The notes under the pieces were generated by a model. It did no database searches and had not been told where the DNA came from. It saw nothing but the letters and a program-made list of their open reading frames with translations. The translations under genes and the position numbers were made by a program. This document shows, one piece after another, positions 45,236 to 59,150 of a stretch of DNA of 64,000 nucleotides (positions are counted from its first letter, which is position 1; every line of letters begins with the position of its first letter). Source of the DNA: the human T2T-CHM13v2.0 reference genome, Homo sapiens; NCBI RefSeq assembly GCF_009914755.1, contig NC_060928.1. One strand, 5' to 3'.

Positions 45236-48200
45236 GAGAAACTATGCAAAACAAAGGAAAGAAGTACCCCCAATTAAAAGGCATTAGGAATAACTAGCAA
45301 GAATAGGAAAAACTGCTAAGATGAAATGAGGGAAAAGAATAAGTAGGATATCTATAGCTCGGCTACATAGCAAGCTAGAAGGTAACATGACACATGATTA
45401 AACCAATTCAATTGCTATAGTTGTTGCCCAGAAAATACGTGACTAAACTTGGTGGATGCTTTAACAAGAAATTGGAGTTACAAGTTGTAATTGTTTAAAG
45501 TACTATGTATTACAATGATGAACAGTGGTTCATCATCATAGTGGAAATAGCCTTTCCTAGAAAAAAAAAAAAAAGTGAGAAACCTCTGTGAAATGAGAAG
45601 TATTACTCTCTTTCCTGTTCTGCGAGGAACAGTGGGATTGACTGAACTAAACAGGACTTTCCAAGCTCTAGGTTCAGTTATCCTATCCTCAGAGGAACAG
45701 GCAATTTAATCTGGAAGTTCTCAAAATGGCAATAAATGAAAAAGCAAATAAATCGGGGAAAACAAACATTTTCATCATGGAGTGGGGTAGAAATAATTAC
45801 CGTGAAATACGCTAAATGCCTAGCTTGGTTTCTGATGGTTTCTTGGGGTTTTAAGATTTCATTTTCATGATCCATTGGCCACAAATCATTGAAAATACCA
45901 AGAAGTAAAATATGCCTTTGACTAAATGCATACATGCCCCTCAGCTTTTAGTAGGACTCAAATATTGACATTTGGAAGGAGGAATTTTTTTTCCCACATG
46001 CTAACAACAATCATCCCCAACATCACTGTTGAAAAACACAACCGTACGCCCTGCGGAATATTAGTCAATTAGGCAGCACTGTCATTTCATTAAAAAGAAT
46101 ACTATGCTCACTTATTTCATTGCTATTATAGAAGAGAAATCAATGCTAAAGTGACCGCATTTTACCTTCTCCATTGTGAAATGATAGTTGATGGTTAGTA
46201 CACTCTCAAGAAGCGATGTCTGAGAATGTGGAGTGTGCTAGGCTGAAAGACAGAACTAAAATGGGTTCTACCCAGCAGCCTAACATGCTGCTAAAATTTC
46301 CCTGGGTCAACTTTCTGTTAGAATCACTTTCAGAAAAGAATAGAGGTTTTTCGAATGTGAAATCATACTGTGGAATGGGAAAGTCCCCATTCTTGAGCAA
46401 GAAGATCTCAAGAAAAAGATTTTGAAATTTTAAAATGAATGCAAAGGCAACCGCTCAAGGAGAGTTTAGTTTGCTTCTCTCGGCATCTGTTCTGTGGGAT
46501 TCCTTTCTTTCTTCCCCAGAGGTAATTCTCAATAACCTCCTTCTAGAACGAGGCTTTGAAGTCCTCTGCACACCTGTGTAGATTATAAAGCAGAGAGGCT
46601 GGTCTTCCACACCCAAACTCTAAATTCACAATGCAACACAACAGTTAAAACATGCCCTCTAGCATCTTGTTTAAAAGTTAAACCCAAGCTTGATATAATC
46701 TGAAGTGGTTAACCCTTGCCCAGATTGAGCACATACTTCCCGTGCTGAAGAAGGAGAATAGACTCTCTTTATGTATAACTCTTTCTTCAGAAGTGTACAC
46801 ATGATCTGGGTAAATAGGCTGATGTCTCAGAACACTAGAGGGATTTTTTTGGCTGTCCTTGCTCTTTGCTCAGGGGCTAAAAGTGACAAAATCTGTACCT
46901 CTGATAGCTTCCTCCACCTCTTTGGCTTCTTAGATTTTGAATTAACATGTTATTGACACTACTAGGGAATGAATGAAGGGGTGACTTCTTTTTCTAACAT
47001 TGCCTGAGTCATGGCCTTAATGCCATTCTCTTCCTTCAGCACTGGAGTCTGGCCGTGTTTCCTGACATGGGGATGGGACTGCAGGGTTACAGGGAGAGTG
47101 CAAGAGGCTGGCACTGGAGAAGTCAAGACAAAATGTGAGGGCCTGGACTGGGTTGGGGTCAGGAGTATGAGAAGCAGGTGGTCCAAGAGATGGCCATGCT
47201 GGCCAGGCACAGACACCAGAAGAATAGCAAAGAGAACTTGATTCTGAGCCACATGTTTGCCCATGGGCAGGAAGCTCCTGCTTGCTTCCAAGTGGGGTGG
47301 GACCAAACTATGAGCCCCGCCAGCCCAGGCTGTGCAGGTGCAGGCAGGGAAGTGGCTGCACCTGGCTCAGGTGGGTGTGTAGGTGGAAACTACAGGCAGG
47401 CACCTGGTTTCTGGCTACAGATTTGGGTTCTGATCCAATGCCACTCCCTGACCTCATGAAAGATGAACTCCCTGGCTCCCTCCTTGGAGTCCAAGGATCC
47501 TTCTTCCCAGCCCACTTTTCAGTCTGACCTTGACCTTGTGGCTTCAGCTTGGCCATGGTTCCTAGACTGGTTCTAACTTCACCCTGTGTCTAAGATCAAC
47601 CTTCCTGGTCCTGATAGGGCTGGTAAGGACCCTATCCCCTTCTTGGCTACAGAAGAAGTAGAGTTCTTTCCTCTTTGGGACCCAGTCCTGCTATTTTCAA
47701 CCTCTAGTTAAAATGAATCTCTAGGCAACCAACATTACGTTGTTACTAAGAATTTTATTTTATTTTTTAAAAATCTTTCTTACAGTCCATTTTTTCAATC
47801 CCTGGTTCTGGCCTTGACGCATAGGAAGAAATCATGATATGCAGGAGATTTGGCCAGGATCCTCAATCTTGGAATCTCCAATTAACTCAGACCACAAAAG
47901 ATCCCCAGGGGACGCCTTTCTCTTTGTCCCTTGTACTTCTCTGGCCTCCTCCCTGTGAGTTGGATTGGACACAGATGAGCCTGCTGACCCTCACATGGAG
48001 GCAGCCTAAGAGGCTTCTCTAAGTTTCCTTCTTTCTGATCCACAGGTTGAAGGAGCAAATCCCTTCCCCTACACCAGGCTGCCCACCAAGTGGGAGGTTG
48101 CTGCCAGCCTGTCTCACTGCACCTGCCCCAAGACATGGACTCAAACAAGAACTAGTGAAGAGACAACCAAATTATGTCACATACTATTTTTGCTTATAAA

Positions 48201-48718
48201 TTCTATTCCCTCTTACCATTATATGTTTTTTCCCTAAATACTAAAACCTTAGAGAATCCATTCTTTCTCATGCTCATTTCAGAGCTTCCCAACTTTGTGA
48301 GCACAATTTCTCTTCCCAGACAAAAAAGTGCATATACACAAACAACTTGCAAACAGTTTCAGGATGCTCATGGAGCCCTGAAGCCCCTCCATGAACTCCA
48401 CCCTGCCCCTGAGGTTAGTATGTGCCTTCTGACTTTGAGGAATTGACTTTCAGACACTTTCACCAGGCCTTTTTGGATCATCTATTTTGATTCAAAACAA
48501 TTGTCCAACACATTCTCTTGGCTGTGTGCAGCTCCTCTTTCCGTTCTCTCTCCATCCAGTCACACCTACATTATCATCATCGAGATTATCCTCATTCTTC
48601 ACATCATACCTCCTCGGCTCCATCTTCTACCCTAGACTTTTCCTAGGAGACACATTAGTAAGGGAAATCCCAGTTTTATTGTGTGAAAATATCTTACAAG
48701 TACTAATACTATATATAT

Positions 48719-49106
48719 AGTATTAGTTCATTCTCAAACTGCTATCAAGATACTGCCCAAGACTGGGTAATTTATAAAGGAAAGAGTTTTAATTGACTCA
48801 CAGTTCCACATGGCTGGGGAGGCCTCAGGAAACTTAAATTATGGCAGAAGGCAAAGGGGAAACAAGGACCTTCTTCACTTGGTGGCAAGAGAGAAAAGTG
48901 CAAGCAGAGGATACGCCAGATGCTTATAAAACCATCAGATCTTGTGAGAACTCACTCACTATCACGAGAACAGCATGGGGGAACCACCCCCATGATCTAA
49001 TCACCTCCCTCCCTCAACATGTGGAGATTACTGGTCCCTCCTTCAACGTGTGGGGATTACAATTCAAGATGAAATTTGGGTGGGGACAGAGAACCAAACC
49101 ATATCA
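48719..49106 (-). mobile_element. THE1D-type MaLR solo LTR
   Basis: gactgggtaatttataaaggaaagag...gaactcactcactatcacgagaacagc...aaccatatca; TSD tatat / tacat. Confidence 0.9.
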
Positions 49107-49654
49107 TACATATATGATCAAATATCCCTGGAGGACCCCTACCACAGTCTTGGAAAGACCTACATAAGTGAGGGGCCCAAAGCTCCAGCTTCATTCACTC
49201 CACGACAAGCCCATCTCTGTATGTGAGCCTGGAAGAGGTAATCCCAACTGGCCCACCAGAAGGATTTCCTGCTCAGAGATTCACCATCTATTTAGATATA
49301 TTTTTGCACACAGCTCAGAGCTCCTGTAGCTTCTTTTTCTCAGAAAACCTGCACCTTACCGGTGAGTACAACAGCAAAAGCTTATTATGATTAATTAGAT
49401 TTTTAATTAATGCCTCACCACATAATTAAGAAGAAGCCCTTGGAGTAAAACCCTAACTCAATATTCTTCCTTTCATTAATTCTCTCTGCCTAATAGCAGA
49501 GGAAAAGATGAAACAAGGAGTGTGGTATGTGTTAGTTTTTATTCTCCCAAGAGGTTATAAAGAAAATGTCAGAATGGCAGAATTGGCTACAGTGTCTCCC
49601 TATAAAAAGTTCTCTTTTTGGTTCCCTTTCTCTGGGATTCTTTCTCATTTTTAT

Positions 49655-50260
49655 TATTCAATTCATTTTAATCCAGCAACATTTACTGAGCAGCTACTAT
49701 ATGCTGGGCACTGTTATAGGCACTCTGGAGACTCAAAGAGGGTAACTACCTGTTTCTGCCCTCCAGGGAATCCAAATCTTAGAGGGGCAGCAAGGTGCAA
49801 AGATAATTGGTACAAAAAGAGATAATGGAGGATAATAAAGAAATGACCATCAGTACAGCTTGAAATGGACTCTGGTGACAGTTCCCCAGTAAGGATCCCA
49901 AATCTGATTTGAATACTCACATGTCATCAGGGACCAGGCATGGTGGTAGAGATGTTACATTATCTTTAATTCTCACAATTTAGGGTAGAGGTCAATGAAG
50001 AGATGAGGACCTTGTCCATGATGCCTCCCTCTAGCTAAATCCCCTCACAACATCCTTTTATAGCACCCATTATTTGCCTGTCATTATACGCATCCTCTGC
50101 ATAATTGTCCAATGCCCTCCCCAAGGTAGGCTCCATCAGAAAAGGGATTGTGTGTCTGCCTTGTTCACCACTGTATCACAGCACTTAGCACAGACTAGTA
50201 TGAAGCAGAAATTCACTAACTATTTGGTGAATGTATGGAGGGAGGAGAGAGGGAGAAAGG
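49655..50260. mobile_element. L2 3'-end fragments (~49655-49800 minus, ~50050-50260 plus)
   Basis: atttactgagcagctactatatgctgggcactg; ttgttcaccactgtatcacagcacttagcacag. Confidence 0.55.
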
Positions 50261-51087
50261 GAGGGAGCAAAAAGGAGAAGGAAGGAAGCGAGGGAAGGAG
50301 GGAGGGATTATAAACACATCAAAGCCATGATTCTACCCTAGGTCTGACTCCCTTAAAAGTCCATAAGCTTTCTCCTCTACCACACTAACTTTCAGGATAT
50401 TAGAGTGTGTGCACAAGCCTCAAGATGACTTCTGGGAAGGAAAATGCTCACCCATGTGTGATCTGTTTGGGAATGTTGAAAACCATTCTTCTTCCATGAT
50501 TGTTGCCCCTTGTATGTGCCAGTGGGAGCAAGCTGTCCAGGCCAGACAGAGCAGCACTCATAGCCTCTAGGGTTCCCACACTATCCATCCAGCCACTCCG
50601 ATCTCCCAGTGCTAGGGATGATTCAGTGCCCGTCTTCCCCTGCACGTGGCCTCCAGAGAGACACTGAGGCCCTGTATACCCAGCTGAATGTGGAAAAAAT
50701 CCTTGTCCTTTTTGTCTGCCCAAATCAAGATTGGCAATCCTCTGAAGAAACTTTTACTAATCAAACTAAGAAACAAAAAAACAGTTTCCCAGGAGACTAA
50801 ATGTTGATGAGCTCACTGAGAATATATGTTGCTAAGCCATACTTACCTGAACTGAGATTAATAGCACAGCTTACAAGGTAAACTCCCAAATTTTCTCCCT
50901 TTACCCTGCCTATCTGGGATGGATGCTAAGGTAAAATATTCAGTTTTTTTTCCTCCAAAGTAGATGTGGCTTGATACATCTTTCCTATCCGGTGAGAGAC
51001 CAAGTCTCTCTCAGAACCACTCCCTGGTCCCCCTGCTTACCCTAAACTCTCTTCTCTGGCCCTGAGCTAAGTCCCCTCATTTGCAAC

Positions 51088-52050
51088 CAGGGCCAGCTTC
51101 ATGGGCATTTGACCAGTGCAGTTGCAGAGAGCCCCATGCTCAGAAGGGCCTGGAGCTTGGGGTTTAATGCTCTACAGTCACTATATTAAAATTCTTAAAA
51201 ATGTTATCTTTGAATTTGTATTATGAAACTTAAGTTTAATGGGACAATGAAGAATACAAGAAAGAGGGTGGCTCAGAGGATTTGTTCACAAACCATCCAG
51301 CTTCCCAATGCCCCACCGCCTCCCAGAGATGGGTGCCCAGCCACCTACTTCTTCCTCTGGTACCCTGGGTCCCACCTAGACCAGAAGAGCAACAGCTGAA
51401 TCTGGCCTCCTTATGGCTGCACCCACTCAGCGACCACTGTTGTCTTCTGGCCCAGCAGGAGTCTGGGCATTGATGTGGGAATGGCTGGGGGTCTGCATAT
51501 GTGCCCTGCGAAGTCTTGGGGCTGAGCATTGCAGCAGCCATCCCTGCCCCAGGTTGGCAGCATTACAATACATGCGTTGGGCAGGTGATTCTGCAGGATG
51601 AGCCTCTCACCTAGCCCTGATCCACATTCCTACCATACATCTCATGTGGAGGTTGCAATACCCTTGGGGATCAGCCTATCCACCATGGGTGGAGGTGGCA
51701 GATCTGTGGGAAGGGGAGATGTCTGCCTCGACCTGCCTGTTCCTGGCCAGGGATGATGTGTTAGTGTCGTGGTGGCTGGGAGGGAGAACCTGGGAACAGG
51801 TGGGCCAAGTGTTCCGAGTCAGGGGACAGGTAACTGACAGTCAGTAACTGCCCTAATAAAAGTGTCCCTGTGCACAACACAATATTAAATGACAAAAAAC
51901 AGAAACAAAAACATTACGACAGGTTGACAGAGCGACCTTGGAAGAAAAATGTCTTATATTTTAATACCTTTAACACATCTTTCATCCTGCTCTTTGAACA
52001 AGAGCATTTTTAGTTTGCACTGGATCCTACAAATTATGTAGCCGGTCCTG
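51088..52050 (+). mobile_element. MER45B/C hAT-Tip100 element (~960 bp)
   Basis: TIRs cagggccagct / agccggtcctg; MER45 ends (ccccatgctcagaagggcc; tttgcactggatcctacaaattatgtag). Confidence 0.85.
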
Positions 52051-52705
52051 CCTGTAACACCCTTCCTGTCATGATACTTATCCTTGGGATGAAAAAACAC
52101 TGCCCTATCTTGTCCCCAAGAAGTCTTCCCTATTGAGCTCCAGGCCAGTGTTTAGTGACCACGTGGCAGCCTCCATGACCCATCACACCTTGTGGGCTCT
52201 ATGATGTTAAATGAACTCTAGGCATTGACCTTGTCCATGACAAGTCCCCGGCTTGTTTTTCTCTTGTCTGTTGGATTTGCCAGAACAAATGTCCTGGCCT
52301 GAAATGGTTATTAATCTAATTTCTACTCTTCAGAGGGAGGTAGCTTTTCCCCATATTCTTCTAAGCTGGAATCTTGGTTTGGTCATTCACGTGGCAGCAC
52401 AGGCTTGTTTTGACTGACATCTATGTTCCAGAACCTGATTGCAATACATCGTCCCCTCTGTCTGCCAGAGGACTTTCCACCTCTTCATTTTTAAAGTCTC
52501 CGCTCCAGGATCTGCTCCCTGTCTTTTCTGAAAGAAGCCTCTAATGAGCTGCTCATTGGCAGAGCAGACATGATTGGCATTCCTTCAACCAATGAATGGC
52601 CAAGGCCTTCCTGTCTGGGTTAGCAGCTCCACCCCCTTCTCCAGCATCCTTTCCATCACTTCTTATCCTGGATTCCCTTCTCAGATCCCACCACCATAGG
52701 ATTTA

Positions 52706-53032
<327 letters not shown>

Positions 53033-53199
53033 TCAATATGTGTTAACTATTATAGTTCTAATTTTCACGAATAAGGAAATAACATCACAACTAAATTAGA
53101 AGTAAAATTTAACTTCTTACACTGTTCTACAAATTATATGCATGTATATATTATACATATATAAATGTTATATACACATACATATAAAACATTTCTTCT

Positions 53200-53380
53200 G
53201 CTATTATTATACCATGTATATACTGATTTAATCATTATAACAATTCTATGAAGTAGGTAGTATAATTCCCATTTTTCATATGAGAAAAGTGGAGGCACAG
53301 AGCAATAAAATCACTTGTTCGAGGTCATAGAACTGGTAAATGGTAGAGCTAGGATTCAAACCCAGATCTAGTCATGCCCT
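53200..53380 (-). mobile_element. MIR SINE
   Basis: ctatgaagtaggtag...cccatttttcatatgagaaaagtggaggcacagag...ggattcaaacccag. Confidence 0.7.
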
Positions 53381-53519
53381 TAATTGATACACTTTGAGGT
53401 AGAAGAGTTCAGAGGAGAAACAACAGACCTAGCACAGGCAGGGAAGATGTCCTGGAAGGGGAGTGACCCAAACAAGACATGGTAATAGATAGGCTTTAGA
53501 AAGAAGAGAGGGAGAATGC

Positions 53520-53613
53520 ACGAGCTACTGAATCAAAAACTCTGGAGGTGGCCCAGCCATCTGTGTTTTAACAAGCCTCGATTCTGATGCATACTCAAGT
53601 TTGAGAGCCACTG
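53520..53613 (+). mobile_element. MER5A fragment
   Basis: ctactgaatcaaaaactctgg...tctgtgttttaacaagcc...agtttgagagccactg. Confidence 0.75.
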
Positions 53614-54165
53614 AATTATTTGATGCACATCAAATGCTTAGAGAACTGTGCCTGGCACATACTAACTGCTCTATCAGTGTTAAATATTATTATTAGCTGT
53701 AGGGCCTACAGATCTGCATCTGTGATCTGACCCCACCCAGGTCCTGCCCTGCTCTCCTGAGACCCTTAGGGGTCTCCACCCTGACAATGTGGACTGTCTG
53801 CTCTGAAGCACGTCTCTGCAGGCCTTCTGCAATCTCCCCTGACCAGTTTGCCCTGCACAGGGAGATTCTGACCCAGCTGCCTGCTAGGCCCAAAGTCTGC
53901 CCTGAAGCGTCGCCTACTGGGTGGGGCCCACACCCTTCCCGGGTCTTGTCTTGGCAGAAGACGCCCTTCCTTGGAAGGAAGCTGGTGTTTGCCTAAGGCT
54001 TTGCATGTGAAAATGCCTCTGTGTGCCTTAAACCATCCTCCCAGCCCTACAGAAGAATTCAGAGCCAGGACCACTGCCCCCAAAACTGTTCCTTCTTTAT
54101 GCACCCAAAGAGGTTTTGCATAAACTAAATATAATAAGTGGATGTGTATTTTATTCTTTTCGCTA

Positions 54166-54755
54166 TAGTAATCTCTCCTTATCTTTGGGGGATATGTTCC
54201 AAGATTTCCAGTGGTTGCCTGAAACCACAGATAATACTGAACCCTATATATATATACTGTTTTTTTCCTATACATACGTACATATAATAAAGTTTAATTT
54301 ATAAATTAGGCACAGAAAGAGATTAACAACAATAGCTGATAATAAAATAGAACAATTACAACATGTCAGCATCACTACTCTTGTGCTTTGGGGCCATTGT
54401 TAAGTTAAATAAGGGTTACTTGAACACAGGCCCTCTGACACCAGGGAGTTGATCTGATAACTGAGATGGCTGCTAATTGACTAACAGGTGGGTAGCATAG
54501 ACAGCATGGATACGCTGGACAAAGCAATGACTCATTTCCCAGGCAGGAGGGATAAGGATGGAGAGATATTTCAATGTGCTACTCAGAGCACTGTGCAATT
54601 TAAAACTTAAGATCTGTTTATTTCCGGAATTTTCTATTTAATATTTTTGGACTGTGGTTGGTTGCAGATAAATGGCCAACTTAATGTCTCCCCAAATACA
54701 GTAGCCACCCCCCACATCTTTGGAAAACGAAACCGCAAATAAAGGAGGACTACTG
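54166..54755 (+). mobile_element. MER44B (TcMar-Tigger) element
   Basis: TIRs tagtaatctctccttatc / aataaaggaggactactg, flanking TA dinucleotides, internal aaagtttaatttataaattaggcacag. Confidence 0.88.
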
Positions 54756-55089
54756 TATTGGGGAAGAGATTAAGTTGGGCCATTTTATCTACAGAGTCCA
54801 TTGAATTAGATATTGCTGACTACTTGAAACAAAAACTTTATTAACTGTTTCCGTTTAAAATGTGTGCAGCATCACTTTTCTGCAGGCGTGATTATGGCAA
54901 CATTTTTTGGGCCTCATTTTTTGGGCCACAGGCAACTAGGACCAATAGGAACTTGGCAATATCTACAGACCCACTTCCTGGACCCTCCTGCTTGAGGGCT
55001 GGGGGGGCATCCCAAACGAGGTTTATTTAGAGCGTTCCAGAGACAAAATGCTGGAATAACATACTAACCAACTTCAATCAGGGCTAGAT

Positions 55090-55200
55090 GCAAGACCACC
55101 TTCACAGTCACCATTTTGAAATGTTTAATCATTTTTGAACAAGGAGTGCTGCATTGTTAGCTCACAGGGCTCCATGAATTACGTTGCTAAGATGGTCCTG
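55090..55200 (+). mobile_element. MER45A-like 3' fragment
   Basis: gtcaccattttgaaat..atttttgaacaagg...ggtcctg. Confidence 0.5.
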
Positions 55201-55364
55201 CTAAAATGTCTGAGTTGGAGGTGGGGGAACAAAAGAATAAAGAAGCGGAAATCAGAGTTGCTAGTCAAGATCTCCATCAGTTTCTTCTAGGTCCTGAATT
55301 CTCAACTTTAACCTCAATGACCTTCCCTGGAGAGCACAGCCTTAATAGACCATGCTGCCATCTT

Positions 55365-55640
55365 GTAGTAGTTAAGAGTGCAAACTCAGGCTGGTTCGGT
55401 TCAAAAAGACTGACTGATCTGGTTCAAAACCTAAGTCTACAATGGATCAGCCCTGGCGACTCTGTCCAAGTTCCCCAATTGCTTTATGCCTCTATTTGCT
55501 CATCTATAAAGTGGCAAAACCAATCACGGGCACCTCTTCCCAAGCCCCAGAGGGATACTGTGAAACTTAATGAGGAAATGAGAACGGAGTGCACAGCAGA
55601 GTGCACTCATGTAGTGAGTGCTTGTGAATGTCAGCTTTAA
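55365..55640 (+). mobile_element. MIR SINE
   Basis: gtagttaagagtgcaaactc...ttgctcatctataaagtgg...tagtgagtgctt. Confidence 0.55.
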
Positions 55641-56354
55641 ACGTAAGGTTACATGTTTTGCCATAAGGCATTTGAATAGAGAGACTATGACAAGAGCAGA
55701 AAACTTGGGTCACATTGTGAAAAAAGGCAGATGCTGATGACTTTCACTTTTTCAACCCAGAGAAGGACCTATGAGGAGTGACCTACTTCTTCTGACCTCC
55801 TATTGTTGCTGCTGGTTTAAATGTTTTGTTGTTGTTGCTGTTTTTTATTGTAAATCTGTAGTAATAGGTGCCTGAGTTTTTTATCTTACATTCAAAGGAA
55901 GCAGAATTTATACAAAAGAGGATGAGGATGGGTGGGGCTGTGGGGACAAGCTTTATAAAGGGAGCCAGAGGAGCCAGGCCCCGTCCAGACTTAGCCGTGC
56001 TTGTAAACAGGATCCGGTTCTTGCAAATGTGTGAATCTTGATAGTTTACTTTTTTTTTTTTTTCTGTTCTAGAGAGTTGGAGAGAGGTTGGAGTGTTTAT
56101 CTTTGTTTGCATCTCACATTTTCCAGGGGATAAGGATTTGCCTTCCCTGGACCAAGATGGCTGAGAGATCAGAGGGAGCAGAGCAGTTAGGGAAAATGGT
56201 GAGAGATTCTCATCTTCTCTCTCTACCACCACCAACCACCACCACCTCCTCCTCTGCGGCTGAAAGGAGAGGGAGATAGGCAGCCAGAAACACACCTGAG
56301 GTCTTCTCTCTAGGGAGAAATTTCCTTAGCCCATTAAAGAAATATATATATTCA

Positions 56355-56725
<371 letters not shown>

Positions 56726-56754
56726 TCTAAATAAAATTTTAAAATCCTTTAACT

Positions 56755-57110
56755 GTAGGTGGGAGGGAGGGATGAATTAGCAGATCACAGAGGACATTTA
56801 GGGCAGTGGAACTTTCTGTATGATACTATAATCGTGGGTACATGCTATTACACATTAATCAAAACCCATAGAAGGTACTCCATCAAGAGTGGACCCCTGA
56901 AGAAAACTATGAACTTTGGGTGATGATGTGCCAATCTGGACTGATCAAGTGTAACAAATGTACCACTGTGATATGAGATGTCTGTATTTGGGGAGGTGGT
57001 TTACATGTGGGAACAACGGTCTCTGAGAAATCTCTGTACTTTTTGCTGTATTTTACTGTGAATCTAAAATTGCTCTAAAAAAAGAAATTTTATTAATTAA
57101 AAAAATAATA
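56755..57110 (+). mobile_element. L1MC1-like 3' end
   Basis: ctgtatgatactataat...caaaacccataga...gtaacaaatgtaccact...ctaaaattgctctaaaaa. Confidence 0.8.
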
Positions 57111-58159
57111 ATCTTTCCACTTTCCCCCATAGTAGGTCCTACTATTGGCAGAAAAAATACTTGGACCAAGACAGAGGCCATCTGGAAGGGTGTTGATGCT
57201 GCTCCCTCCCAGGAAGTCACCTAAAGAGTCAGGCTGATGAAGCTCCCAATGGGCTGGGCGGCCACACATTATGCTCCTTAATCACGTTATTCACGGTGAG
57301 ACTCCAAGGATATTCATGTGGATGACATACTTAGTGCTGATACAATCTTGAGTGTTTTGGTGAGAACATTTTAAAAGGCACTGTAAAACTTTTTAGACAT
57401 AAATATAGCCAGTTTCTTATGGCACCTAAACTGCTAAGTAGTACCTTGATAGTAGAGATTTCAAAAGTATTCACATTAAAACATCCAGGTGAACATTAAT
57501 TGGTGCTAAAGGGAAAACAACCAGCTAACACCCTGATGCTGACAGCTAGAAATGTTGGTGATGTAGCTTCCTAGTCCCCAGGCATGCTGGGTGCTATCTA
57601 TAGAAGATAAGTGACTCAGCACCTGCCCAGCCAAATCCTGATTCATGACCCTCCTTCTCCAACTCCACCCTGTGGCCCCCAAAAGAAAAAAACTCAGAAT
57701 TTCCCTGAGCAGTCCAACCAAGTAGGCCAACCCTTGGGGAAAAAAACATATCGATACTGTCTCTAGCTGCCATAGCTGAACTTCCACTTCCTGAGGCAAC
57801 CAGCCCCACTGGAGCTAATGGGTCTCCCCCATGAACCTAGACAGTTCCCTGAGACTGTGTGAAAGAAGGACCCAGTGAACACAAAGTCAGTTGAAGACAT
57901 CTGAGCCAAGTAGGAGAAAAAAATGCATACAGGACCACACACGCTCAGTTCCATGTTGAGAGTTGCATCTCTCATCAGCTTCCTTGATCCTCAATCCAAA
58001 TCAGTGAAACTTAGCAGGTTCATATTTTTTTCCTTATTTCATATTTTAATAACCACCATTGTATGAATACAGCACATACTTTATATATATGTCACAAACT
58101 TTATTTTCCATTTCTCAGCAATTAAAATCTCTGGCCTATGGCATTATATTGAGTGATGG

Positions 58160-58675
58160 ACTTGGTAGCTTAGATGGCCATGGTCTATGACAGACCTGAG
58201 TTCAAAACGTGGCTCTGCCATTTACCACCTATAATGACATTGGACAAACTCTTTATTTCTCTAACCTAAATTTGTACATCTTCCACTAACCAATGCCTCA
58301 TATTGATTTTGTGGAAATTACATGAGGAAATGAATAAAAAGTGATGAACACACTTAATATAGAGCATCAAAATACACAAAGCAAGAACTGATAGAACTGA
58401 AAGATAAAATAGACAAACCTGCTATTAGAGTTGGAGACTTCAACACTCCTCTGTCAGTAATTGACGATCCAGCCAGCAGAAAATCAGTAAGGACAGAGTT
58501 GACCTGAACAGTACTATCAATCAACTTGATCTAATTAACATTTACAGAATATTCTGTCCAACAGCAGCAGGATACATATTCTTCTCAAGCTTACATGGAG
58601 CATGCAGTAAGATAGACCACATTCTAGGCCATAAAGAGATGAACATGATGCCCATCACATAGTAAGTGCTTGAAA
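58160..58675 (+). mobile_element. MIR SINE split by an L1 fragment
   Basis: cagacctgagttcaaa..ggctctgccatttac; resumes catcacatagtaagtgctt after 58645. Confidence 0.65.
58351..58632 (+). mobile_element. Internal L1M ORF2 (endonuclease region) fragment
   Basis: gttggagacttcaacactcct (VGDFNTP), aagatagaccacattctaggccat (KIDHILGH). Confidence 0.85.
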
Positions 58676-58939
58676 ACTTTTGGCTCAAAACATACTCACT
58701 CAAATTAGAAATGATACTAACCATTTCTCAAAATCCATTGAGACTGTTCTTGGCACTTGACTTGCATTAGCTCTGATCAATGCTTACAAGGTAAATATTA
58801 TTGTACCCATTTTCCCAAATTCAATGTTAATAAGTTAGCAATATCTGTAAAGTAGTAGACTGTGGCACTGTTTCAATAAGCTCTATTTGGTAATGATAAT
58901 ATTAATAAGATTATTATTAAAATAAATACCTAAGACTTA

Positions 58940-59150
58940 TTTACCATTTATCATGTGCCAGCCACTATTTTAAAGATACACAAATTAGTCATTTAATCTT
59001 CACAATAACTTTATAAATTTGGTGCTATTTTTATCCCTGATCTTACCAATGAGGAAACTGAGGCTCAGAGGGATTAATTAGCTAGTAATTGGTAGTGCTG
59101 GATTCCATTCCAGGCAATCTGGCTCCGGAGTCTGTGCACTTAATCTGACT
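58940..59150 (-). mobile_element. MIR SINE
   Basis: catttaatcttcacaataac...tgaggaaactgaggctcagag...ccaggcaatctggctcc. Confidence 0.75.

Noticed and set aside
46990-47600. GC-richer block with overlapping ORFs
   Set aside because: No coherent frame or splice structure; possibly an ancient LTR that I cannot assign.
52159-52398. Two copies of cacgtggcagc (E-box/CREB3-like)
   Set aside because: An 11-mer recurrence without other support is too weak to call a regulatory element.
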